From the NCBI GenBank assembly GCA_963736595.1, contig CAVTPG010000001.1, positions 91,284-155,283 of the forward strand: a stretch of DNA of 64,000 bases, given 5' to 3'. This document shows, piece after piece, positions 19,894 through 28,092 of this stretch. The stretch's first letter is position 1, and each line of letters begins with the position of its first letter. The DNA is from an uncultured Alphaproteobacteria bacterium (lineage in GTDB: Bacteria > Pseudomonadota > Alphaproteobacteria > Sphingomonadales > Sphingomonadaceae). Position numbers and translations under genes: made by a program. The notes beneath the pieces are model-generated. The model worked only from the letters and a program-made list of their open reading frames with translations, made no database searches and was not told the origin of the DNA.

Positions 19894-20693
19894 GCCTGAC
19901 CGCAATCCTGCGCCTGCTCGCCGTGGGGGCAATCATTCTGGCTGTGGGTGTTGGAAGCTGGATGACGTCGCCACGCATCGCGGAACTGCTGGGCGCTTCG
20001 GAAGAAGGCGCACGCGACCGGGTGGCTTTAAGCGACCGCACCCTGGTATATCGGTTGAAAGATGCCCGCACCACGCGCTTCGTTTTCTCGCAGCCCAGCA
20101 CCATTGCACGGGTTTTATCGACGCCCGCGATTGCCGAGGCCGTCTGGGATGACGGCACACGCTGGAGCTATGGCTACCGCGTCACCTTGCGCGACAGCGG
20201 CGATAATATGGTCGCGTCCCACGATATTTATTCCAGCGCCGCCAATCCGGCAAACCTAGAAGAACCGCTGAATATCGTTCGGTTCACACGCGGCGGAACG
20301 GGCGGCATCGGCACGCAGGATCAGGCCGTAATTGCCTCGGACACACCATTTGTTGCGATGGATATTGGCCCATTGCCCTCAGATAAAGGCGTCGACGCAG
20401 TGTATGTCCGCGCTTACGAACGTCGCCCATTTCTAGGCGGTGCGGCGGCGCTGGCGGCCTATCGCAGACGCAGCGATGACGAACGCGAAGTGCTGACCCG
20501 CGCAAATGCCTTCCCCGAGCGCTTTATCAGCAATGCGGAACGACAAAACAGCGTCATCAACCAGTGGCGACCGCTTGGCCCGTCCGGTATATCGGGCCGC
20601 GACTATGACGTGCTGGTCATGTATAAAGGCACGCTCGACAGCGAGGCGGAAGACGGCGACGATGGAGATGGCGACGATGGAGAGGGTGGCTGA
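19890..20693 (+). CDS. hypothetical membrane-anchored/exported protein with acidic tail
   Basis: N-terminal hydrophobic helix; start/stop overlaps on both sides; tail DSEAEDGDDGDGDDGEGG. Confidence 0.8.
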   Translation: MSLTAILRLLAVGAIILAVGVGSWMTSPRIAELLGASEEGARDRVALSDRTLVYRLKDARTTRFVFSQPSTIARVLSTPAIAEAVWDDGTRWSYGYRVTLRDSGDNMVASHDIYSSAANPANLEEPLNIVRFTRGGTGGIGTQDQAVIASDTPFVAMDIGPLPSDKGVDAVYVRAYERRPFLGGAAALAAYRRRSDDEREVLTRANAFPERFISNAERQNSVINQWRPLGPSGISGRDYDVLVMYKGTLDSEAEDGDDGDGDDGEGG

Positions 20694-21553
20694 TGGCGCG
20701 GCGCAAATGGCTGCTCCTTTTGGGGATCGTGATTGTGGCGTTTAGTGCAGCCATGCTGGCAGGCCTGTTCCCGCCGCTGCGTTCCAGCAACGGGTTCGAG
20801 CGACCGGGCGCAGTGGACTTGTCGCGCGCAGAGGCGATGTTTGCCGCTGGGCTTGGCGCTCCCAAATCAAGCGAATGGCGTGAGGCGGCGAGCGATCTTG
20901 GCTGGCAAGCACGCGATGCAGAAGGATTTGCGCAACTCGTCGAACCATCTGGGAATTGCCAGGGGCGCGGCGTGTACCTCATCGGTTTGTCGCCTGATGC
21001 TGCGCCAACCGCCATGACTGCCCCCCATCGCGGGGCCGACAAGCATACTGGAACACTGGCGGCCATGTTCGCAGAGGAAGGCAAGTTGGCTGCTGCAGCG
21101 TGGAATTCCGCGCCTCGCCGAAAATCCGCAGAGTGCGATGCTTTTGGCGATCTGGCAAAGGCGGAGGAGCATTTTTTCACGGCCTTTGCCCTAAGTTTTG
21201 CGCAAGCCTACCCGCAAGGCCGCGTCGTGCAATTGCACGGTTTCGATCGCGACAATCGCCAAAGTCTTGCGGGAAGCGAGGCCGACATCATTATCAGTGA
21301 CGGGACCGATCAGCCGGGCGACCGCTTGCTGGCCTTGTCGGAATGCCTGACGATCTCGCTGCAGGCGTGGAACGTGCGCGTTTATCCGCTCGATGCGCCG
21401 GAACTGGGCGCGCTTAAAAATGCACAAGGCGCCGCGTTGCGAGAGCAGGGTTTTGAGGGATTTACCCATATTGAAATGAGTTTGAACTTGCGTCTCGCCT
21501 TACGCAAAGACACGGGATTACGCGCACAATTCCTCAACTGTTTCAAAGCATGA
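20693..21553 (+). CDS. membrane-anchored putative zinc hydrolase, PghP (poly-gamma-glutamate hydrolase)/N-formylglutamate amidohydrolase-like
   Basis: Ordered motifs TAPHRGAD, VQLHGF, THIEMS..LR; N-terminal TM. Confidence 0.6.
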   Translation: MARRKWLLLLGIVIVAFSAAMLAGLFPPLRSSNGFERPGAVDLSRAEAMFAAGLGAPKSSEWREAASDLGWQARDAEGFAQLVEPSGNCQGRGVYLIGLSPDAAPTAMTAPHRGADKHTGTLAAMFAEEGKLAAAAWNSAPRRKSAECDAFGDLAKAEEHFFTAFALSFAQAYPQGRVVQLHGFDRDNRQSLAGSEADIIISDGTDQPGDRLLALSECLTISLQAWNVRVYPLDAPELGALKNAQGAALREQGFEGFTHIEMSLNLRLALRKDTGLRAQFLNCFKA

Positions 21554-24500
21554 GCAATCAGGCCATGCTGCTGGCCACGCCGTGCCGTATCAATGCGGCG
21601 CTGGAAGTCGGCTTGCCTGAAATGCTGTGCGGCACTTACGCCGATATTCACGAATCGATTGCGCATTTTGCCGCGCAGACGGGCGATCACGACGCGGTCG
21701 GAAATTTCACCGATCATGCCAAGACGCTGATTGCTTTCGTTAAGCACCGCTTAGGTCATATCGGTGATCTGCATGATGCCGCCGCGCTGTTCAATGCGCG
21801 CTTTGCCAATGCTCTGGACCGCGCAGCAGAGCGGGCCGCAATTATGGATTTCGCCGAACGGCTGGGCGCTGACGCTGCGCAACTTGAGCGCGACAGGAAG
21901 GCATTCGACAGGTTCTTCGACGGCGATGCCGTGAGCGAACGATATCGGCGGCGCGTCGGAGAAGCCGAGCGCGAATTGGCTCACACAGTGGAGCGGCTGG
22001 GCCTGGTCGCCGGTGAGGCGTTGCGTGTCGGTGAAATGGCCGGTGATGACGAGTTGTTGAGCAAAGCAATTGCCGGCGTGCTGACGGATGCGCGAAGTTA
22101 TCGCGGGGATGCGCGCGTCAAACAAGCGGGGTTCCGCGCGTTGCACCATATTGGCACAGGCGCGCTCGAACCGCTAACCGGCTTTTGGATCGACATTGCC
22201 ATTCGCGACACTCGGCGGCTGGCGCTGGACACGAGCGAAGACACCTGGGCGCAATGCGATGCGTTTGCCACCTTGCTCACGATGGCGCCCGGCTCGCTCG
22301 AACCCGTGTTGGAGCGGCGATTAGGCAAGTCCAGTCTGGAAGGCCCTCCCTTGCGGCAGGAGAACCGGATGTTCGTGCGGCGCTATCTGGCCGATCTGCT
22401 GTGCGAGGCCGTGCCGGATCACCCGAAGCTGTCGAAATATCTCAGCCGGATCGCCAATGATCGCAACGGCGCGGTTCGGCAGGCGCTGGCCAAGGCGCTG
22501 GTCAAATTGCCGCGTGACGAGGCAAAACCGCTCGTGTCGCGATTGCGAATCGATCAGGATCCGCAAGTCCGCGCGATGCTGTTCGCGCAGCCGCAAGCGA
22601 TGGCGCAAACGATCGGCGGCGCCATGTATCGCTCGCATATCATCCGGGTTCTGTCGCGCGATGAGGACACTCATGTTTTGCGGATGGCGATGGATGCGGC
22701 GGTTAAGCTGGTCGCGTGGCAAGGTGGGCATGAGCCAGCCCAACAGGCCGAAAGTGTTACGCAATTGCGACAGGCGCTTAGTGTGTTGCGGGCGCGCAGC
22801 ACGGCGGCCAATAGGCGGCGCTGGGCAGGCGAAGCGATGGAGCGGATCTGGCTTTATTCAGACGCCGATGCGCTGGATATGGCGGAATATATCCGTTTTC
22901 AAATGGCAGCCACTGCCGAGGGGCAGCGTCGCAAATTGCCCGAGCTAGCCGATGTGGCCAAATCTGATCCGCATTTCATCGGACGCATTATGGCCGTTCT
23001 GGCGCAGGATGGGTTTGGGCTGGAGTTAATTGCCGGATCGGTGCCGCGAATGCAAAAAGGGGAGCGATTTGCACGTCGGTTGTGGCGCATTCTGTTCGAG
23101 TTGCGCGTCTCCTCGACCGACAAACGACAGGCCTTCCTGCACACGATCGGGCGCAGCTTGCCCGGAACGATCTCTGCCCCGGCCGCGCATATGGCCGAAC
23201 TGGCTCCGACCAAGGTTCCGGGTGAGCCGCTGCATTTTGCCGATGAGGGCGGGTGGCGCAATTATCTGCCGCTGGTCGATCATGCGCTGGCAGCGATCGA
23301 TCGAGGCAAGACAACGCGCATTTTCACCAGTGAAGGCGTGACGTCGCTGACCGCTCCATCAGGCGTGCTCGCGCGCATTACCGCCTATTGGCAGGTCAGT
23401 CGCAACTTCGCTCGGCTTGCGGCATTGCGCAATCAGGGCGGCAGTTCAGACTATGTCGACGCGTTGCGCCAATATGGCCTGTCGGTCGAATTCCAGGCGC
23501 ACGACGCATATGAAGCGCCGCTTTTAACACCGCAAAAGCAAACTGCGCTTAAGTTCGATCAGCCACAAACCGCCAGCGATCCCGAAGTGGTCAGATTATT
23601 CGATCTTGGCGGCGTGCTAATCGCCGTGCCGGTGCTGCTAAAAAGCGCAGCAGCATACTTTGCCACGGTTTTTGCCAACACGCTGGGCCAGCTTGCTTTG
23701 TTTCTGCTGCTTGCAGGAGGATGGTTCGTCGGACGCCACCTGTATCTTGGCTACAAGGCGCGCCGCTATCGCAATGCAATCCCTCTGTCGCTGGGTGGCT
23801 GGGGAACGCGCGGTAAATCCGGGACCGAGCGGCTGAAGGCGGGGTTGATCAATGCTTTGGGCCACCCGCTGGTGTCGAAAACGACAGGTTGCGAAGCGAT
23901 GTTCCTGCGCGGCGAGCCATTTGGCGGCCTCACCGAAATGTTTCTGTTTCGCCCGTATGACAAGGCGACGATCTGGGAGCAGTTTAATCTGATCCGCATT
24001 TCCGTCGGGCTAAAGGCGCGCGTATTTTTGTGGGAATGCATGGGCCTTAACCCGTCCTATGTGCGGGTGCTGCAACGCGACTGGATGCGCGATAATATCG
24101 GTACCATTACAAATACTTACCCTGACCATGAAGACGTGCAGGGTCCGGCAGGGCGCAACATCCCTGAAGTAATGCGCGAGTTCATTCCGGAAAACTCCGT
24201 GCTGCTGACAACCGAAGAAGAGATGCTGCCGATCCTGCGCGAAGGCGCGGCGCAGGCCAATACGCGAATGCGCGCGATCGATTGGCGCGAGGCGGGTCTG
24301 GTGCATGAAAATCTACTCGCGCGGTTTCCCTATGCCGAGCATCCCTATAATATCGCGCTGGTGGCGGCGATGGGGGATGAGCTGGGTCTGGGCGAGGATT
24401 TCTGCATCAGAGAAATGTCCGATCGCGTGGTGGCAGATTTGGGCGTGCTAAAAATCTATCCGCAAGCCAATGTCGATGGGCGCATTCTGGAATTCGTGAT

Positions 24501-25782
24501 GGGGATGAGCGCGAATGAGCGGTTCGGCGCAATGGGAAATTGGGACCGGATGGGCTTTGCCGACCATGATCTTGGCGAAGATCCGGCAATTTACGTCAGC
24601 ACCGTGGTCAATAATCGCGCCGACCGGGTGCCGCGATCGCAGGTCTTTGCGCGCCTGTTGGTGAATGACATATCAGCGGACAAGCATTTCCTGATCGGAT
24701 CGAATATCGATGGACTGATCGGATTTATCGAGGAAGAATGGGAGGCTTATGCAGCGCGCCTGAGCCTGGAAAGCGATACAGACGACACACCTGCCGAAAT
24801 TTTTGAGCGCCTGGCGCGCCAGCAACGTGTGCCGCTGAACCAAGAGCAAATAGAGCGGCGATTGATGGCGATGCTGACAGCAATTGCCGATAATGAGCGG
24901 GCAAATACGCTGGTCCGCGCTGCGCGTGAAGGCCAACTCGCTGCATCTTTTACCGATGATGAGCGCGCACTGGGTGAGCAGATCTCCGAAGAACACGCGG
25001 AAATGGTTAAATCGCTAGAGGAGTATCAAGCGCTATCTAGCGTAATATCGAAAGGTGGCGCGGCGGAACATTTGGCGCGCGTTCGTGCATTCCTGCACGC
25101 TGCTTTCATGCGCAAACTGGTTCCGGTTCGCGATGTTCACATGTCGGGTGAGAATATCGTGCGGCTGATCGCGCATCATTCACCGCCGGGCCTGACAAAT
25201 CGCATTATGGGGATGCAGAATATCAAAGGGACGGGCCTGGATTTTGTCTATCGCTGGCAAGCGTGGGAGCAAGTGCATCGAGCGTGCGCGCAGGCGCGTG
25301 ATGCGGATCCAATGGTTGCGGAAAAGGGCTTGTCTGCGCTGGCCGGCTTTCAGGAATATGGCATTTTAAGCGGAAGCGAGGTTCGCCGCACAATCGCCGA
25401 ATTGCAAATCCGCGACGAACTGCCCGTATCGTTCACGCCCGCGCAGCTTGATGCGATTATTGCGCGCGTCGATACGCAGCTTGGCGAACTGGACGCGGCG
25501 GCGCGAATGGACGGCGAGGAGGCAGGCAGCGCAAGCATCCCATCACGGTTTGCTGGCAGGGTGGTCGAAATCGTGGAAGCCTTTGTCGATGCGGGCGATG
25601 CCGTGCGCCGCCGCCGGCAAGCCGATGCGATTTATAAAGCCATGATTGCCGAGCAGATCAGCAGCCAGCGCGCCGCGCTGGAATTGAAAAAACTGACGAT
25701 GCGGCAAAAGGGTGGCTGGCTGGCCGAATCAATCACCCAAGGGCAAGGCCGATTTGCGAGCCTGTTCCGGCGCTCTGCCTAA
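21550..25782 (+). CDS. HEAT-repeat + PgsB/CapB poly-gamma-glutamate synthase-like amide ligase fusion (1410 aa)
   Basis: GTRGKS..RL, KTTG, EQ, ECMGLNP.Y, TN..PDH.DVQGP, MSANE, NNRADRV.RS, GMQNIKG match PgsB motifs in order; HEAT-like repeats DRNGAVRQALAKAL, DQDPQVRAML. Confidence 0.88.
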   Translation: MSNQAMLLATPCRINAALEVGLPEMLCGTYADIHESIAHFAAQTGDHDAVGNFTDHAKTLIAFVKHRLGHIGDLHDAAALFNARFANALDRAAERAAIMDFAERLGADAAQLERDRKAFDRFFDGDAVSERYRRRVGEAERELAHTVERLGLVAGEALRVGEMAGDDELLSKAIAGVLTDARSYRGDARVKQAGFRALHHIGTGALEPLTGFWIDIAIRDTRRLALDTSEDTWAQCDAFATLLTMAPGSLEPVLERRLGKSSLEGPPLRQENRMFVRRYLADLLCEAVPDHPKLSKYLSRIANDRNGAVRQALAKALVKLPRDEAKPLVSRLRIDQDPQVRAMLFAQPQAMAQTIGGAMYRSHIIRVLSRDEDTHVLRMAMDAAVKLVAWQGGHEPAQQAESVTQLRQALSVLRARSTAANRRRWAGEAMERIWLYSDADALDMAEYIRFQMAATAEGQRRKLPELADVAKSDPHFIGRIMAVLAQDGFGLELIAGSVPRMQKGERFARRLWRILFELRVSSTDKRQAFLHTIGRSLPGTISAPAAHMAELAPTKVPGEPLHFADEGGWRNYLPLVDHALAAIDRGKTTRIFTSEGVTSLTAPSGVLARITAYWQVSRNFARLAALRNQGGSSDYVDALRQYGLSVEFQAHDAYEAPLLTPQKQTALKFDQPQTASDPEVVRLFDLGGVLIAVPVLLKSAAAYFATVFANTLGQLALFLLLAGGWFVGRHLYLGYKARRYRNAIPLSLGGWGTRGKSGTERLKAGLINALGHPLVSKTTGCEAMFLRGEPFGGLTEMFLFRPYDKATIWEQFNLIRISVGLKARVFLWECMGLNPSYVRVLQRDWMRDNIGTITNTYPDHEDVQGPAGRNIPEVMREFIPENSVLLTTEEEMLPILREGAAQANTRMRAIDWREAGLVHENLLARFPYAEHPYNIALVAAMGDELGLGEDFCIREMSDRVVADLGVLKIYPQANVDGRILEFVMGMSANERFGAMGNWDRMGFADHDLGEDPAIYVSTVVNNRADRVPRSQVFARLLVNDISADKHFLIGSNIDGLIGFIEEEWEAYAARLSLESDTDDTPAEIFERLARQQRVPLNQEQIERRLMAMLTAIADNERANTLVRAAREGQLAASFTDDERALGEQISEEHAEMVKSLEEYQALSSVISKGGAAEHLARVRAFLHAAFMRKLVPVRDVHMSGENIVRLIAHHSPPGLTNRIMGMQNIKGTGLDFVYRWQAWEQVHRACAQARDADPMVAEKGLSALAGFQEYGILSGSEVRRTIAELQIRDELPVSFTPAQLDAIIARVDTQLGELDAAARMDGEEAGSASIPSRFAGRVVEIVEAFVDAGDAVRRRRQADAIYKAMIAEQISSQRAALELKKLTMRQKGGWLAESITQGQGRFASLFRRSA

Positions 25783-26687
25783 AACCGGTAGCCGACATCC
25801 AGCGAAAAGCGCGGAGCATCCTCGCGAAAGCGCACATCATTCGAATCGCGAAATTCGTACTCAGCGCGCGCTTGCGCATAAAAGCCACGCGCCTTGCCAT
25901 ACGACAGGCCAATCTCGGGATTGACGACGGTATCGCGCCGCAATGCCTCAGCGCCATCCTGTCGCGCAATCCGCGCGTCATATCGCCATTGGCTATATTC
26001 CAGCGCGGGCCGCAAACGCAGTCGCTTGGTCAGAGGCAGGCTATAGTCGGCCCGGACGACTTCCCGGCTGTAGCTAAGCCGCTCCCGATCGCTGTCGATC
26101 GCATCATGGCGAGCAGTGAGCCGGGCCCAGTGGTACGATGCGATGCGGCGATTATATTGCGCTTCGATGCGCGGCCCTTCGCCACTGGACCGGACGGCAT
26201 CATCGTAATCGCGAAAACGATATTCGCCGCGTAGCCGCACGCGATTGTCGGCATCTTCCCAAAGCATCTCGCCGCGAACCGAACGCTGATCGACACTACG
26301 CGATTCTAAAGTAACCAGATTGGACACTCGCCTTGAGCGCAGAGCAATTCGCACATTCTCGCTCACCTGTTGACGCACTTCGACCGACAGACCTAAACTC
26401 TTGCGCGTTTTGCGCTCATCATCGCTGAAGTCGAACACGGTTGGATCAACGGAGATGCGGATTTGTGTCGCATTTTCGGTAAAAGTTACGGAGGCGGCGG
26501 CGCTGATCCCGACGCCTGAGCTTTCCACGTCATCGCCTTGGAAAATCGCGCGCTCAGCCTCAACAGCCGATAATGTCGTGCGCAGATCAAAATCAATGTC
26601 GTCCAGAGCAATCGCTGGTCCGGCAAGCCCAAACAAAGCGGCGCAAGCCACTAGCATCCGTAAAATGTGACGCGCCGCGAATATCAT
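25779..26687 (-). CDS. outer-membrane beta-barrel protein
   Basis: Signal peptide (..GPAIA), alternating amphipathic strands, C-terminal SLDVGYRF. Confidence 0.8.
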   Translation of the reverse strand: MIFAARHILRMLVACAALFGLAGPAIALDDIDFDLRTTLSAVEAERAIFQGDDVESSGVGISAAASVTFTENATQIRISVDPTVFDFSDDERKTRKSLGLSVEVRQQVSENVRIALRSRRVSNLVTLESRSVDQRSVRGEMLWEDADNRVRLRGEYRFRDYDDAVRSSGEGPRIEAQYNRRIASYHWARLTARHDAIDSDRERLSYSREVVRADYSLPLTKRLRLRPALEYSQWRYDARIARQDGAEALRRDTVVNPEIGLSYGKARGFYAQARAEYEFRDSNDVRFREDAPRFSLDVGYRF

Positions 26688-27445
26688 CGCGACAGCGCCT
26701 CGCGAAACTTACACAAAATATGAACCAGATCGGTTGGCTTGCACGTGTTGAGGCGCGCCTCAAGCGCTAAGGCCAGTTCGCTTAATGCTTCTTCGCCGAA
26801 GGAGCCTGCCGTGCCGGCCAGCTTGTGGATCATATTGCGCAGCTCGCTCACAGTTTCGTGCGTCACGATCTCGCCAGCACAAATAGCCTCGATCCGTTCG
26901 AACAGGTCAGTTTTGCGAAGCTGATACCGCGCAATGAGCGCCGGGCTGGGGCCCTCGCTATCTGTTTGCTGCGTGGCAATAATCTGCGGCGCCCAGGCCT
27001 GTACAATGTCCGTAAGATCAGCGATCGACACGGGCTTTGAGAGATAGGCTTGCATTCCCGCGGCTAGGTAAGGCTGCACTTCATGCGGCGCGGTTGCGGC
27101 GGTGACGGCAACAACGGGCAATTCGGTTTCGGTGATTCCTGTAGCGCGCAATCGCTTCACGACCTCGATTCCGTCGATAATGGGCATCATCGCGTCCAGC
27201 AGCAAAAGGGAGTAAGGCCGGCCAGCCTCTTTTGCTGCGCAAATCATGGTGATCGCTTCCAACCCGTCACAAACCCAAGCGATTGGCAAACCGATGCGCT
27301 TTCCCAACATCACAATCAGCTCACCCACGATGGGATTGTCTTCGGCCAGCAGGATCTGCGCCCGGTCATCTGGCGCACCGTCAGCAGATGTAACGCGCGC
27401 ATCTCCGATCGTTCGATGCGGTCCGGGGAAGTTGGCCATATGCAT
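26684..27445 (-). CDS. receiver + Hpt domain phosphorelay protein
   Basis: LLAEDN, LDAMMPIIDG, TA, YLSKP; Hpt motif IHKLAGTAGSFG. Confidence 0.9.
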   Translation of the reverse strand: MHMANFPGPHRTIGDARVTSADGAPDDRAQILLAEDNPIVGELIVMLGKRIGLPIAWVCDGLEAITMICAAKEAGRPYSLLLLDAMMPIIDGIEVVKRLRATGITETELPVVAVTAATAPHEVQPYLAAGMQAYLSKPVSIADLTDIVQAWAPQIIATQQTDSEGPSPALIARYQLRKTDLFERIEAICAGEIVTHETVSELRNMIHKLAGTAGSFGEEALSELALALEARLNTCKPTDLVHILCKFREALSR

Positions 27446-27468
27446 CCGGCGCGTATCGCAGGATATGG

Positions 27469-27483
27469 TTAAGACTGTACTAA
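27469..27483. promoter_or_regulatory. CtrA-like box upstream of REC-Hpt/beta-barrel operon
   Basis: TTAA-GACTGTA-CTAA (reverse strand TTAG-N7-TTAAC). Confidence 0.5.
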
Positions 27484-27513
27484 ACGCGGCGCGTTAGCGG
27501 TGGCTGCAGCCTG

Positions 27514-27534
27514 AAAGTTGCGCCGCGCAACTTT
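27514..27534. repeat. 21-bp palindromic repeat, copy 1 (possible msrC terminator)
   Basis: AAAGTTGCGCCGCGCAACTTT; identical copy at 31983-32003. Confidence 0.75.
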
Positions 27535-27546
27535 TCTGCTCTTGCG

Positions 27547-28029
27547 CTAAATCCTGTCTGCGATCAGGCGCGCCAAATTCTCCAGCCCCTTTGCATCATC
27601 CGTATCGAAGCGCGCTTTGATTGGGCTGTCGAGGTCGATTACGGCAACGACTTCTCCATCGCGGACGACGGGCACGACAAGTTCCGAAGCGCTGTCACCA
27701 TCGCACGCGATATGGCCCGGGAAAGCATGGACATCGGCGACTATCTGAGTCTCGCCCGTGCTCGCAGCTGCGCCGCAAACGCCTTGGCCAACAGCGATAC
27801 GGATACAAGCGGGCTTGCCGATAAACGGCCCCAGCACCAATTCATCATCGACAACGCGGTAAAAACCGGCCCAGTTCAGTTTTGGCACATAAGTCCAGAT
27901 CACTGCCGCCAAATTCGCCATATTGGCAATCGGATCACGCTCATCCGACGTCAGAGCGTCGGCGGCATCGCAAAGTTGCCGATACAATTCCGGCTTGGGC
28001 AAATCATCGTCTGGCGAAAAATCGAACAT
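27547..28029 (-). CDS. msrC: GAF-domain free methionine-(R)-sulfoxide reductase
   Basis: NWAGFY, LGPF.GKPAC.RI..G.GVCG, FPGHIACD..S.SE. Confidence 0.88.
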   Translation of the reverse strand: MFDFSPDDDLPKPELYRQLCDAADALTSDERDPIANMANLAAVIWTYVPKLNWAGFYRVVDDELVLGPFIGKPACIRIAVGQGVCGAAASTGETQIVADVHAFPGHIACDGDSASELVVPVVRDGEVVAVIDLDSPIKARFDTDDAKGLENLARLIADRI

Positions 28030-28092
28030 CGCGCGGTGTAATGCGTTTTGCGCCATTGCCGCAACCATCATGCTCGACTATCTCTCGCGCGC

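Noticed and set aside
23779-25260. Mur ligase, FolC or cyanophycin synthetase call for the 1410-aa protein
   Set aside because: KTTG, ECM..NP.Y, N.RADR and G..NI.G motifs plus a CapC gene in the same operon fit PgsB/CapB; no ATP-grasp domain is visible
5031-27497. 14-bp match ACGCGGCGCGTTAG at 5031 and 27484 as an att site or repeat
   Set aside because: 14-mer GC-rich matches are expected by chance in 64 kb, and they do not bracket the locus
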